Both the position numbers and the translations under genes were made by a program. The notes beneath the pieces were generated by a model. The model did not search any database. It was given only the letters and a program-made list of their open reading frames with translations, and was not told where the DNA came from. Below are positions 9,329 through 18,825 of a DNA stretch of 32,000 nucleotides, piece after piece. This DNA comes from Pyrodictium delaneyi (GTDB taxonomy: Archaea; Thermoproteota; Thermoprotei_A; Sulfolobales; Pyrodictiaceae), in contig NZ_CP013011.1 in assembly GCF_001412615.1 (NCBI RefSeq), positions 510,001 to 542,000 on the forward strand. The letters are read 5' to 3'. The first letter of the stretch is position 1; each line of letters begins with the position of its first letter.

Positions 9329-10375
9329 TTACCTAGGCTTAGCCACGATTATGTAAGGATAGAGGTTACCATGCGCTACTCGGCGCTCATGAACTATCCT
9401 CCAGCCGTGTTCCTCTAGCGTACGCTTCACAACCCTATGCTCAGTTGTTATCAAGACTATGCTCTTTCTCACAACACTTGCTGCTTCTCGGAGGAACTCC
9501 CGGTATACACGTCTAACCTCGTGCGGACTGCCCATGCGTATACCGTAGGGCGGGTTAGAGACTACTACGTCTACTTGATCTACATAGCTGCTTAGACGTG
9601 TAGCATCACCAACTATGAACCTTATACGATTCTCAACCATTGCCGCCCTCGCGTTGAGCCTAGCACCGGCTATGTGACGGCGACTCCTATCCATACAAAT
9701 TATGCGGGAATGCTCTAGGAGCTGAGCTGCTTCTATAGCGACTGTACCTCCTCCACACATAGGGTCCATCAAAGTCTCGCCATCAACTATCCCCGACATT
9801 GCTACCATTGCATAGGCCAGTGTTGGTTTGAGAGCAGCCGGATGATCATATATTCTGTAGCCCCGCCTATGCCACGACAGTTCTCCACCAAGCTCTATGG
9901 ACACATAGATCTCGTCGTTTATCACGTCTACCGAGACTGCTACCGCGGGGTAGTCTAGATCCACCGGGGGACGTAGACCGTAGAGACGACGTACCGCATC
10001 TATGACAGCGTCTCCCGCCACACGGGCTATGTCGAGCGAAGAGTATTCGTGCATCCCTACCCGCTCAGCCCTTATAGCAAAGCTGGTATAGGGCGTCACA
10101 TACTTCTCGACACCGCTAGAGGCTACTACCTCGTAGACCTTACTGAGGCACTCTTTCGAACCACATATTTTATCCCGAGCAAGTAAGAGCTTAGCCCTGT
10201 GTATAGACCTCATGTACTCTACGAGGTATAGACTAGACTCGTCAATGTCTACTATGACTCTCCCGTGGCCAGCCCTTATCTCTACTACCTCTGCACCGAG
10301 CCTAGCACGTGCCTCTTCAGCAACTATGTCCTCAATACCTGGGTTCGTAGTGAGTATGACCGTTCTACGCGTCAC
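9329..10375 (-). CDS. THUMP-domain tRNA (guanine-N2)-methyltransferase, Trm14/TrmN-like (COG0116)
   Basis: 348 aa. N-terminal ferredoxin-like/THUMP region, then a Rossmann methyltransferase with DPMCGGGTVAIEAA and VVSNPPYG. Overlaps the upstream TrmJ-like gene by 11 nt. Confidence 0.8.
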   Translation of the reverse strand: MTRRTVILTTNPGIEDIVAEEARARLGAEVVEIRAGHGRVIVDIDESSLYLVEYMRSIHRAKLLLARDKICGSKECLSKVYEVVASSGVEKYVTPYTSFAIRAERVGMHEYSSLDIARVAGDAVIDAVRRLYGLRPPVDLDYPAVAVSVDVINDEIYVSIELGGELSWHRRGYRIYDHPAALKPTLAYAMVAMSGIVDGETLMDPMCGGGTVAIEAAQLLEHSRIICMDRSRRHIAGARLNARAAMVENRIRFIVGDATRLSSYVDQVDVVVSNPPYGIRMGSPHEVRRVYREFLREAASVVRKSIVLITTEHRVVKRTLEEHGWRIVHERRVAHGNLYPYIIVAKPR

Positions 10376-11096
10376 TGCTGCTACACTCCTCCACTAGGCG
10401 GCGGAGCTTTTTCGCGAACTGGTATAATGCTGACGCCTCACCGCTTGTCATACCAGAGCGCCATAGCAGATGCTTTATTGCAGCGTCTACGGCAGGAAAT
10501 CTCTCTCTATCAACTAGCTTCTCGGCTACATCATGTAGGAGTTTGTATACACGTTCTAGACTCCTACTATCGACCTGCTCGTGGAGCTGCCCCCTAAACC
10601 GTAACGCAATCCAGAGTTCGTAGAGTACTATAGCAACTGCGTGGCTCAGGTTAAGCACAGGATAGTCCGGATTCGCGGGTATGTGGACAAGGAGATGACA
10701 CTTGGACAGCTCTTCGCGTGTAAGGCCTACACTCTCCCGCCCAAACACTACTGCTATGCTGCCATACCGCGGTGCTATGTCCTGCGCAAACTCTCTCACA
10801 GAGACAGCGTGCCGGAGTACATCACTGCGCTGACCCGTCTTAGCACTTGTACACACCGCAATGTCTACACCAGCTAATGCCTCGTCCAGGCTATTGAAAA
10901 TCTCGACTCTTTCAAGCATGTATGCCCCATTCGCTGCAAAACGCTTAGCCTCCTCGCTCGAGGGACTAGCCTGGGGACTGACAAGGTAAAACTCGTCTAC
11001 CTGAAAGTTAGCTGCAAGCCTGGCTATGAAGCCTAGGTTTATCTCCCCCTCTGTACCAACGAGTACTAGCCTTATCCTAACCCTCTCTTCCTGCAA
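10365..11096 (-). CDS. trmJ: SPOUT-class tRNA 2'-O-ribose methyltransferase, TrmJ-like (COG0565)
   Basis: 243 aa with LVLVGTEGEINLGFIARLAANF, VFGRESVGLTREEL and LNLSHAVAIVLYEL, which are typical SpoU/TrmJ motifs. Confidence 0.78.
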   Translation of the reverse strand: MQEERVRIRLVLVGTEGEINLGFIARLAANFQVDEFYLVSPQASPSSEEAKRFAANGAYMLERVEIFNSLDEALAGVDIAVCTSAKTGQRSDVLRHAVSVREFAQDIAPRYGSIAVVFGRESVGLTREELSKCHLLVHIPANPDYPVLNLSHAVAIVLYELWIALRFRGQLHEQVDSRSLERVYKLLHDVAEKLVDRERFPAVDAAIKHLLWRSGMTSGEASALYQFAKKLRRLVEECSSSDA

Positions 11097-11734
11097 CCGT
11101 ACACCACCACTATATCCTCAAAGAATATGTGCAAGCTCCTTCTCTCTACAGCTACTCCGGCCTCTCGGAGAGTCTTTAGTACTTCTTTATCGCTTCCACT
11201 AAGCGAAGAGTAGACAAGCACGATACAACCGAGCCTCGGACAGCTCCCGGCATAGCGAGCCAGTCTTTCAGCCTCACGTATACCACCACTCCACGCAAGT
11301 CCCTCCAAGTCTCCATCATCTACTGGAAGGTACGGCGTGTTGTATACTACCAAAAACCGTCTACCAGGGCAACGAATACACGACAGACCATCACACTGAG
11401 CCACGTCTAGGAGAGTATCCATGCCACGTCTTTCAGCGTTCAGTCTGCTACAGTAGGCTGCGCAAGGATTCACATCCAGGAGAAGAGTGTAGGGGACATC
11501 CTTAGAGCCACACTCTAAGCCTAGCACGCCGGTTCCAGAGCCAACATCTATGCACAGCTCTAAACTAGCCCCGCGATTAGCCTCTATCAGCTCTCTTACC
11601 ACTTCTAGTGCTAGCCACGTATCTTCCGCCGGCTCATATACATGCACACACACGCACACTGAGCTACTCTCGTCAACATACACATTCTTGACACATCGAG
11701 CCTCACATCCATAGCCGACTAATCTATCTCCCAT
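11072..11734 (-). CDS. release-factor glutamine-N5 methyltransferase, Mtq2/HemK2-like
   Basis: 220 aa with VYEPAEDTWL (Mtq2/N6AMT1 hallmark), motif I DVGSGTGVLG and motif IV VYNTPYLP. Confidence 0.78.
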   Translation of the reverse strand: MGDRLVGYGCEARCVKNVYVDESSSVCVCVHVYEPAEDTWLALEVVRELIEANRGASLELCIDVGSGTGVLGLECGSKDVPYTLLLDVNPCAAYCSRLNAERRGMDTLLDVAQCDGLSCIRCPGRRFLVVYNTPYLPVDDGDLEGLAWSGGIREAERLARYAGSCPRLGCIVLVYSSLSGSDKEVLKTLREAGVAVERRSLHIFFEDIVVVYGCRKRGLG

Positions 11735-11767
11735 ACCTGGGAAACCCCGATCCTGTCAACCACTGCG

Positions 11768-12529
11768 TCAAGTGCCCAGGCTGAGAAGCATGTAGAACTC
11801 CTCAGGAGAGAGCTCATAGACCCGACGCTCGCCAACTCTCTCCTCCAACGTGTCGCGGTCTAGACCTAGACACTTACTCGCGACCTTTACTGCCCTCTTG
11901 TTCCTCTCAGAGAATATACACCTAGTCACTTCCTCGAGCCGGCGAAGCATATCTCTAGGTGGACGATCATCTCTCGGCTCTAGGACGACTATTCTCGAGA
12001 AGACCTTAGGCCTTGGACGGAAGGCTGACGGTGGGACCACCTTGCCCGGCCTAACTTTGTAGACTAGCTGAACTAGCACTGATATCCTTCCATACTGCTT
12101 ACTTCCAGGTCTTGCCGCAAGCCTATCTACGACTTCCCTCTGCAACAGTAGCATTGCCGGCTTTTGGGCCTCTACTGCCAGCAATGATAGAAGTGGTCCG
12201 GTTATGTTATACGGTATACTCCCATATACCGCGTCTACCCGGTTGAGGACGAGTGGTGGACTCAAGGCATCTCCATGTAGCGGAGCGAACCGGGGCTCGA
12301 AGAAGGAGAGACTTGCAAGCCAATCTAGAAGTCTCGCGTCAACCTCTATTCCTATAAGGAGCTGCGGCCTACACTGCCTTAGTATCTCGGATGTGAGAAA
12401 TCCGGTACCAACTCCTACCTCTAGGAGTGTTCTAAAACTACACGCCCATCGGGCAAATTCTCTTGCAACCCACCGCGCTGTTAGGAAATTCTGACCAAGC
12501 TTCTTGGAGGCTCTATGCAGCTCCCTCAC
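11768..12529 (-). CDS. ksgA: 16S rRNA (adenine1518/1519-N6)-dimethyltransferase KsgA/Dim1
   Basis: 253 aa with KKLGQNFL, EVGVGTGFLT and GSIPYNITGP. Confidence 0.92.
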   Translation of the reverse strand: MRELHRASKKLGQNFLTARWVAREFARWACSFRTLLEVGVGTGFLTSEILRQCRPQLLIGIEVDARLLDWLASLSFFEPRFAPLHGDALSPPLVLNRVDAVYGSIPYNITGPLLSLLAVEAQKPAMLLLQREVVDRLAARPGSKQYGRISVLVQLVYKVRPGKVVPPSAFRPRPKVFSRIVVLEPRDDRPPRDMLRRLEEVTRCIFSERNKRAVKVASKCLGLDRDTLEERVGERRVYELSPEEFYMLLSLGT

Positions 12530-13229
12530 CGCTGCTTGCTTCCTCCGCGCCTAGAAGCTGCCTCCCAAGCTTAGCATATATCGTGCCTAGGTAGTTTAGG
12601 AATAAGGGCTTGACTGGTTGCTCTAGCTCTCTTCTCGGAGGCTTTACGAAGAGATAGTACTTCTGCCCACCCTTGAGCTCCTCTACTATGCGTTCACTAA
12701 TCACCTTCACAGGATCTATGTGAACCTGGTTTCTTATATCCTCGTAGCTCTTGAAAGGCTCGCGCTCGCGTGCCTCAATAATCTTCATCACGGTCTTCTT
12801 CCCGACACCCGGTAGCAGCTCAAGGCTATGGAACCTTAGAGTTATCGGGCCAGCTATGTTGAAGAACTCCACGAATACTGGCTCCTTCTTCTTCACAATC
12901 TGCTCTATAATGCTCGGAAGCGTCTCTTTGGCAAATCCAGTCAAGTCGTCATACTCTATATCGGCCTCTACACGAAACACTTTATCACGCATCTCCGCTA
13001 CGGGGCCTACATATACTCTCTCACCAACTTCTAGCTGCGCACCATGCCGGGGCGACGCCTCCATAAGTATGAAGTAGTCCTCACCGACCAGCTGTATAAC
13101 CGGCTTATTCCGGTGCCATGGATGCCTATCCGTAGGGTTACCCATAGGCAGGTAGTCAAGGACATAGGCGTACTCTTCGTAGGGCCTGCCGCCGCCCTTA
13201 CGTCGCCGCCTTGCTCTACGCTGCTGCAT
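12513..13229 (-). CDS. DUF655/COG1491 predicted nucleic-acid-binding protein (OB-like plus helix-hairpin-helix)
   Basis: 238 aa. Basic N-terminus, EEYAYVLDYLPMGN, and an HhH-like LELLPGVGKKTVMKIIEARE. Sits immediately upstream of and overlapping KsgA, as in the conserved archaeal L21e-RpoF-DUF655-KsgA cluster. Confidence 0.8.
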   Translation of the reverse strand: MQQRRARRRRKGGGRPYEEYAYVLDYLPMGNPTDRHPWHRNKPVIQLVGEDYFILMEASPRHGAQLEVGERVYVGPVAEMRDKVFRVEADIEYDDLTGFAKETLPSIIEQIVKKKEPVFVEFFNIAGPITLRFHSLELLPGVGKKTVMKIIEAREREPFKSYEDIRNQVHIDPVKVISERIVEELKGGQKYYLFVKPPRRELEQPVKPLFLNYLGTIYAKLGRQLLGAEEASSGEGAA

Positions 13230-13252
13230 AGCCCCTGCCCTCCTCGCTCTCG

Positions 13253-13260
13253 CTTATATT
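13253..13260 (-). promoter_or_regulatory. TATA box of the DUF655-KsgA operon (leaderless-type spacing)
   Basis: The minus strand reads AATATAAG centred about 28 nt upstream of ATG 13229, which implies a leaderless or near-leaderless mRNA. Confidence 0.45.
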
Positions 13261-13473
13261 AGAGCACTATACTCAAGGGATTTAAAGAGGCCGGAGCCCG
13301 CACCCCCTGCCTCCGGGATTCCGTTCTCTATCTGCCTCTTTTTCTAACAGCACCAGCACGGGTGGGCGTCATCAAACCTCTTATGGCAAGTGGAATCTAC
13401 ATCAGTTTGATAAAACAGAGTGCCAACCTATTCTCCAGTTCCAAGATCCGAATTAATGCTTGCATAGTTATCA

Positions 13474-13821
13474 TTACTGTTTCCTGCCACAGCTCTCCTC
13501 CAGAATTTCAAGTGCCTTTTCTATCATTTCATCATCATAGCCTCCATCAATGTCGCCGAGTATAGCTTTTGCCTCCTCTAGGCTCGATGGCAGTATATTT
13601 ATCAGTACCGATGCAGCAAACTCACTAAATCCCTCATTAGTGAGCTTGTTGAGCGCCTCCTCGGCTGCTTCGGGGTTACATTTAGAGAATTTGACTATAT
13701 ACTCATATGTCCTGGCTACTACGGGGTTTTCCTCTACGAGATCCTTTACTGATTCGAGTATCTTTCTGGCTATAGGTATAGGAGCGTACCTTGACTCTAA
13801 GATCTCCACCACGGTTAACAC
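13474..13821 (-). CDS. rpoF: DNA-directed RNA polymerase subunit F (Rpo4)
   Basis: 115 aa with ARTYEYIVKFSKCNPEAAEEALNKL...ASVLINILPSSLEEAKAIL, typical of RpoF/Rpb4. GTG start. Confidence 0.85.
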   Translation of the reverse strand: MLTVVEILESRYAPIPIARKILESVKDLVEENPVVARTYEYIVKFSKCNPEAAEEALNKLTNEGFSEFAASVLINILPSSLEEAKAILGDIDGGYDDEMIEKALEILEESCGRKQ

Positions 13822-13988
13822 CCTTCTATCGAAGGTAAAGCCTTACCTCACAGTTGGCTACAGTTCATACGATTTCCATGCCCGGAGACTATTGTAATCA
13901 AAGTTTTGTAAAAGAGTCCTAAATTCACTGTTGCTAAAACATTGAACGAATATACATTTTAGCCGTAAAGATGAGCCGGTGTACAGCT

Positions 13989-14318
13989 TCATCTCTTCTT
14001 CTCTTTTGGTGGTGTCAGTGCCTCGGGTGGTACAGGGCGTAGGTGCTCAGGCCTAACTATGAGCGTCTTTATCTTGCTACCAACCTTTAGCTGTACTATG
14101 TACGCCTTACCTCTCTTACCCACGACTGTAGCTACCTTGCCGTGGTAGCGGCGGTGCGGCATACCCTTCATAACCGAGGGATTGATTATTATGTAGACCT
14201 TGTCGCCAGGCTTGTACTCGTGCATTAGTAGGCTGAGAGGCGGAACTGCGCCACGCTCACGTATATGCTTACGTAGCAGCTTTCTAGTACGGTGCCTAAA
14301 GCCCCTAGACGCTTTCAC
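13989..14318 (-). CDS. rpl21e: 50S ribosomal protein L21e (eL21)
   Basis: 109 aa. MKASRGFRHRTRKLLRKHIRERG...YKPGDKVYIIINPSV is typical of L21e. Confidence 0.93.
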   Translation of the reverse strand: MKASRGFRHRTRKLLRKHIRERGAVPPLSLLMHEYKPGDKVYIIINPSVMKGMPHRRYHGKVATVVGKRGKAYIVQLKVGSKIKTLIVRPEHLRPVPPEALTPPKEKKR

Positions 14319-14359
14319 TTTCTATCCCCCGGTACAGCCGCCGTGAGGAAGGCCCGGTA

Positions 14360-15757
14360 TTATATCCTCTTAGGGTGTTGCGGAGTAGACTCTACTACGC
14401 CGAGTACATCGAGTTCTGCACAGTAGGCCTCCGCGTCAAGGTATTCGGCGAAGCTGGGGCTCGTATCACCTCCATCGCCGCTCACAAGCTCCTTGATGTA
14501 GAGGCCTCCCTCAGCAACTATTAGGGCCTCGAACACATTGCTAGCTATACGCCTGGTCTTGACACTAAACACTATCCTTTCACGGACTATATCCGGTCTC
14601 CGATGTCTCACCCTACGCGGGGTCCGCTGCCGTATTGACGCTCCAGCGAAGAACTCCTCTAGGCCACGTAACTCCTCATCGGTTACCTCCCTGGAGACGA
14701 CAACTAACGCTTTATATATCTTCGACCTCTTAGAATGCTCGCCCTTGATCTCTGATACCTCTCTGCGAAGTGCCCTACCCTCTAGGATGACCTCTACTAG
14801 GCCCGAAGCATAGCGGTTGACTATCGACTCTATGAAGCTTGTAGCAAAGCATCTGCGTCTAGCCCTCTTCAGCTCCACTATGAAGGGTCTTCCGAGCCCA
14901 AGCATTCTAGCGTCTGCATCTTCTCTGCCAGACGCGTGCAGCACAACATCATCTGCATCCATTACCTCAGCTAGGACGAAGAACGAGTCCTCGACGCTGA
15001 ACGGATAACGGCGCTCACCGTACCGCGTTATCCATGCAGATTGTGAGACACGCCGAGCTATCTTCCAGTACCTCCCCCGCAGGAGCAGAGGCATAACATG
15101 TATAGTTACATTGCCCTCGGGGACTCCGACCTCAATCACTACATCTGGAGTACCAAATTCTGGCTGGAGCCCCGTTAGCCTCTGAAGCCTTTTGCTGACC
15201 TCTCTTTTCACCTCAGAAGCTATCGACTCCGCATAGACTAGACCAAAGCGCCTCTTAATCTCATCCTCGCGCTCCCGCAGCTTCGGGTCCACCCTAGCAG
15301 CTACAAGGAAGTTACCAACATCCATACTGGCCAGCATTTCTACCGCACGTGAAGCAGCTTCGTCAAAGAGTCGGGGGAGCCTCGAGCCGCATAAGTAGCA
15401 GCTCCTACGCTCTAGTTTTCCTCCATGTATTTCACTATAGAGTCCCTCAGCGACCGAGCCAATATTAGCAGCCGTCTCGCTAAGAACTCTACGACTCGCC
15501 TCACTGCCCTCACGTATACCGGCATGGAGCGCCATTACGATGAGACGTTTCAGCGCTTCTCCTCTCTCAGCGTTGCCCCAACCCCTACCGAGTAGTGCAA
15601 ACATCCTACCTAGGCAGTAGTCGCAGAGCGGATACTCCCGGAGAATTCTATAGGCCTTTTCGACTATGTACTCAACACTAGCCAGCTCCTCTACTAATGC
15701 ACCGCTAATCTCGGTCTCTTCTCTCTTCTCTACAGTCTTGCCAGCACCGCCCATCAT
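14360..15757 (-). CDS. pus10: tRNA pseudouridine(54/55) synthase Pus10
   Basis: 465 aa. N-terminal zinc module (CDYCLGR...CYLCG), a THUMP-like middle, and a catalytic segment ASGREDADARMLGLGRPFIVEL containing the Pus10 Asp motif. Confidence 0.9.
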   Translation of the reverse strand: MMGGAGKTVEKREETEISGALVEELASVEYIVEKAYRILREYPLCDYCLGRMFALLGRGWGNAERGEALKRLIVMALHAGIREGSEASRRVLSETAANIGSVAEGLYSEIHGGKLERRSCYLCGSRLPRLFDEAASRAVEMLASMDVGNFLVAARVDPKLREREDEIKRRFGLVYAESIASEVKREVSKRLQRLTGLQPEFGTPDVVIEVGVPEGNVTIHVMPLLLRGRYWKIARRVSQSAWITRYGERRYPFSVEDSFFVLAEVMDADDVVLHASGREDADARMLGLGRPFIVELKRARRRCFATSFIESIVNRYASGLVEVILEGRALRREVSEIKGEHSKRSKIYKALVVVSREVTDEELRGLEEFFAGASIRQRTPRRVRHRRPDIVRERIVFSVKTRRIASNVFEALIVAEGGLYIKELVSGDGGDTSPSFAEYLDAEAYCAELDVLGVVESTPQHPKRI

Positions 15758-16202
15758 GCGCTACCATTGCTGCTGCTAGAAGCCACCAGGGCTTTAACCC
15801 GATACGCTGCCCCTTGACGCGTATGCATTTGCTACACTCGCCCTCTATAACACTCTCTGCATCGATACAACCCTCTAGGTTCTTTAGCCCATCGCCGAGA
15901 GCTACCTCTATGCCAGGCCAGCCGCCTTTCCTCACAGCATTTCGTAATACGCCGAGGAGGCTAGACTCGTCAGCGCGGAGCCATTTCACCCTAGCCCCGT
16001 CTATGCGTAGTGTGACAGGCTGTAGGCCACTACCCGTTTCCAGCCATGCTAGTAGCTCTACACACACGTGCCTCCGAATACTGTTAGACAGCAACAGTGC
16101 GGAGACAGCCACGAGCCCAGCGCGGAGAAGAGAGTCCGGGGAAGGTTCGTCGCGATAAACTATCCTAACCCGGCAGCCGTCCCATTTTCGCGAAGCGCTC
16201 AA
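15705..16202 (-). CDS. trmY: TrmY-like SPOUT methyltransferase (COG1901/DUF358; tRNA Psi54 N1-methyltransferase family), short variant
   Basis: 165 aa. LLLSNSIRRHVCVEL, PVTLRIDGARVKWLRADESSLLGVLRNAV and RIGLKPWWLLAAAMVAHD resemble, from memory, the LSHDIRRDV / SPDERNIAIFIKKAL / ISLSPLELHANHCI blocks of M. jannaschii TrmY. TTG start at 16202 (checked), with no in-frame ATG until near the C-terminus. Overlaps SRP54 by 38 nt and Pus10 by 53 nt. Confidence 0.65.
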   Translation of the reverse strand: MSASRKWDGCRVRIVYRDEPSPDSLLRAGLVAVSALLLSNSIRRHVCVELLAWLETGSGLQPVTLRIDGARVKWLRADESSLLGVLRNAVRKGGWPGIEVALGDGLKNLEGCIDAESVIEGECSKCIRVKGQRIGLKPWWLLAAAMVAHDGRCWQDCREERRDRD

Positions 16203-17514
16203 GTATATCCTTCCTCTTCCGGAGCTGCCTCATCATTCTCTTAACCGTCTTGTAGTAGTTATACAGCTCGCGTACATCGCTTACTTCTACCCCAGCTCCA
16301 ATAGCTATTCTCTTGACGCGGCTACGCTGCTCTAAAAGCTCCGGGTTATCGAGCTCATCGTAGGTCATAGAATTCATTATGCTCATCCATTTTCTCATTT
16401 TCTCCTCGCTAACCTTAGCTGCCTCATCGAACGAGTCTAACATAGTAGAGAAGCCAGGTATCATTTGAAGCACCTTCCTGAAGGGGCCTAGCTTCCTCAT
16501 CTGCTCGAGCTGCCTATAGAGTACCCGGAATGTTATCTTGCCGGCAACCATCTCGGCCACTGTTTTCTCGAACTCTTCAACTCCCTGTAGTCTCTCTATC
16601 CTCTCTAGAAGTGACTCGAGGTCACCCATACCAAGGAGCCGTGCTACGAAGCGACGCGGTCTAAATACCTCAAATTCATCAACATCCTCACCTGTACCGA
16701 TGAATTTTATCCTTGCACCGGTAGCAGCTACTGCTGAGAGGGCTCCTCCACCCTTAGCAGTACCATCCATCTTCGTCACTACTATGCTTCCTATAGGCGT
16801 TGCTTCATGGAATCGCTTAGCCAGGTCATAGCTCTTCTGCCCCATAGCGGCGTCTATGACTAGCATAACCTCGTCCGGCTTTACAGCTGCCGCTATGTCT
16901 TGCATCTCCTTTAGCAGAGCCTCTTCTTCACCGTAACCATGGCGTCCAGCAGTATCGACAATGATTATGTCTGCCCCTCTCTTCTTTAGCTCCTCTACGC
17001 CCCTCCGGGCTATAGAGACAGGATCCTTGGAGTCGGGCTCCCCGTAGAACATTGCCCCGACGCGGTCGGCCAACTGGCGAAGCTGCTCGTAGGCACCAGG
17101 CCGGTAAGTATCAGCCGCGACCACGCCCACCTTGTAGCCCATAGACCTGTAGAACTTTGCCAGCTTACCCACCGTGGTTGTCTTACCACTACCCTGTACA
17201 CCTACCATCATGATCACGTATGGAGTATATGGCGGCTTTACCTCAGGTTCATCATCACCGCCAAAGAGTTTTACCAACTCGTCATAAGTTACCTTGACTA
17301 GCCACTCTCGTCTACTAACACCGGGCGGCGGCTGCTCCCTGAGGGCACGCTCGCGTATCCTCTTAGTGAGATCAAATACAAGACGTACATTGACGTCAGC
17401 AGAGATTAGAGCACGCTGTATATCACGTATATACTCCTTCACTATTGCCTCGTAGGGCCCGCTGCGCTTCAGCAGCCGGCCGACAGCCTTCCGCAGGTCG
17501 TCGAGACCCGGCAT
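16165..17514 (-). CDS. srp54: signal recognition particle protein SRP54
   Basis: 449 aa with GTPase motifs [15 protein letters not shown] and [10 protein letters not shown], plus a Met-rich M domain. Confidence 0.95.
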   Translation of the reverse strand: MPGLDDLRKAVGRLLKRSGPYEAIVKEYIRDIQRALISADVNVRLVFDLTKRIRERALREQPPPGVSRREWLVKVTYDELVKLFGGDDEPEVKPPYTPYVIMMVGVQGSGKTTTVGKLAKFYRSMGYKVGVVAADTYRPGAYEQLRQLADRVGAMFYGEPDSKDPVSIARRGVEELKKRGADIIIVDTAGRHGYGEEEALLKEMQDIAAAVKPDEVMLVIDAAMGQKSYDLAKRFHEATPIGSIVVTKMDGTAKGGGALSAVAATGARIKFIGTGEDVDEFEVFRPRRFVARLLGMGDLESLLERIERLQGVEEFEKTVAEMVAGKITFRVLYRQLEQMRKLGPFRKVLQMIPGFSTMLDSFDEAAKVSEEKMRKWMSIMNSMTYDELDNPELLEQRSRVKRIAIGAGVEVSDVRELYNYYKTVKRMMRQLRKRKDILERFAKMGRLPG

Positions 17515-17566
17515 AGCCTTCTCTACCCCTACCCCAGGTCTCTACAAGAGGCTTCCTCGCACCTAA

Positions 17567-18691
17567 TTATCGTAGCCGCGGCTTCCTGGCCACAATAGCC
17601 ACGATTGACAGTAGAGAGAATACAACCAGTGCCAGGCTTACAATGCAAGAATACCTCCATGCTGCAGCAGCCGCTAGAAGCAATGCATACGGTAGAGGCG
17701 TGAAGCGCCGAGCGTTTGGAATCCCTGCCGCAACGGGCACCATCATTGGTGCATGAACAGCTATGTGGAGCCCTATGAACCCTATGAGGATAGAATGCAG
17801 CAATACGGATATAGAGCTTGTTAGCACTGCATAGAAGGCGTAGGCTATGGAGGCTAACACTACATAGTGGCCTAGGGCGAAGTACTGGTGTGCCCGTGTC
17901 CCCCGTTGACACTTAGCTGCTGCGTATAGCCGGGCACCCACAGCATAGAAGAGCAGAGAGGAGAGTACCAAGACACTACTTACATCATTTATCCTATAGA
18001 GTAGCGCTACAGAGGACGCTATAGATGCTAGCACTGAGGCCGGTAGGAGCCAGATTGTTGGTCTTAGGCTACAAGTCAGTGTATATGACTGGAACGACAC
18101 GGCATATATCATTGGGACTAGTAGGCTTAGTGAAAGCAAGACAGCAACACCATAGACATCAGTAGCTTGATAGGCTAGCGGCATTAGGATCCCTGACGCT
18201 GCATAGGAGAAGGCTAGGCTAAGGTAGCTAGCTCTGCTAACCCTATTGCTGAGCTTGAGCGCGCCAAACCCAACAATGATAGCCATAACTATTGCTGGCA
18301 CTGTGTAGAGCATCCATGCATAGGAAACACCAATATAGAGAAATATTGGAAACAGTGCAAGCATTGCTAGAAGGAGCATCCCTAGTGTCTCTACACCTGC
18401 TCCTAGCCGACGGAGTACAAGCGCCGAGTATGAGTAGGCTATGGTGCTTGCAAAGAGGGTTAATCCACCGGGCACCATGAAGGTTGCATGTCTGTGTATA
18501 TCACCCTGGAGGACTGCATGGAGGCCCAAACCACTGTAGAAAACCGAGACTATTACTCCGATCCTGATACTCCATAATCTCATTTTATGCATTCTACGCT
18601 CCACGCCTAGACCCCTATAGGGCTGATCCCAGCCGGCACCATTATTCACTATATGGCGCCACATACAGAATCTCATAAGAGGCAGAGCCAT
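17567..18691 (-). CDS. polytopic integral membrane protein, unknown function
   Basis: 374 aa with about 10 hydrophobic segments. The real start is probably an internal Met (MHKMRLWSIRIGV). Two His-rich motifs are present: LHAVLQGDIHRHATFMVPGG and LHSILIGFIGLHIAVHAPMMVPV. Confidence 0.7.
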   Translation of the reverse strand: MALPLMRFCMWRHIVNNGAGWDQPYRGLGVERRMHKMRLWSIRIGVIVSVFYSGLGLHAVLQGDIHRHATFMVPGGLTLFASTIAYSYSALVLRRLGAGVETLGMLLLAMLALFPIFLYIGVSYAWMLYTVPAIVMAIIVGFGALKLSNRVSRASYLSLAFSYAASGILMPLAYQATDVYGVAVLLSLSLLVPMIYAVSFQSYTLTCSLRPTIWLLPASVLASIASSVALLYRINDVSSVLVLSSLLFYAVGARLYAAAKCQRGTRAHQYFALGHYVVLASIAYAFYAVLTSSISVLLHSILIGFIGLHIAVHAPMMVPVAAGIPNARRFTPLPYALLLAAAAAWRYSCIVSLALVVFSLLSIVAIVARKPRLR

Positions 18692-18825
18692 GCTATACTA
18701 GAATCCGCACAGGTTATACATGGTTGCCACTCTGCTAAAAACCGGGTAGGAATTGTAATGGTTGGAGAAGAGTTGAATAACTTTGATTATATCTAGGGGA
18801 GGGTGCGGATTAGAGGGTATAGCGG

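Noticed and set aside
17529-17912. 127-aa minus-strand ORF
   Set aside because: It is an out-of-frame overlap with the long membrane-protein ORF 17567..18691. Its Cys/Arg-rich composition is not protein-like.
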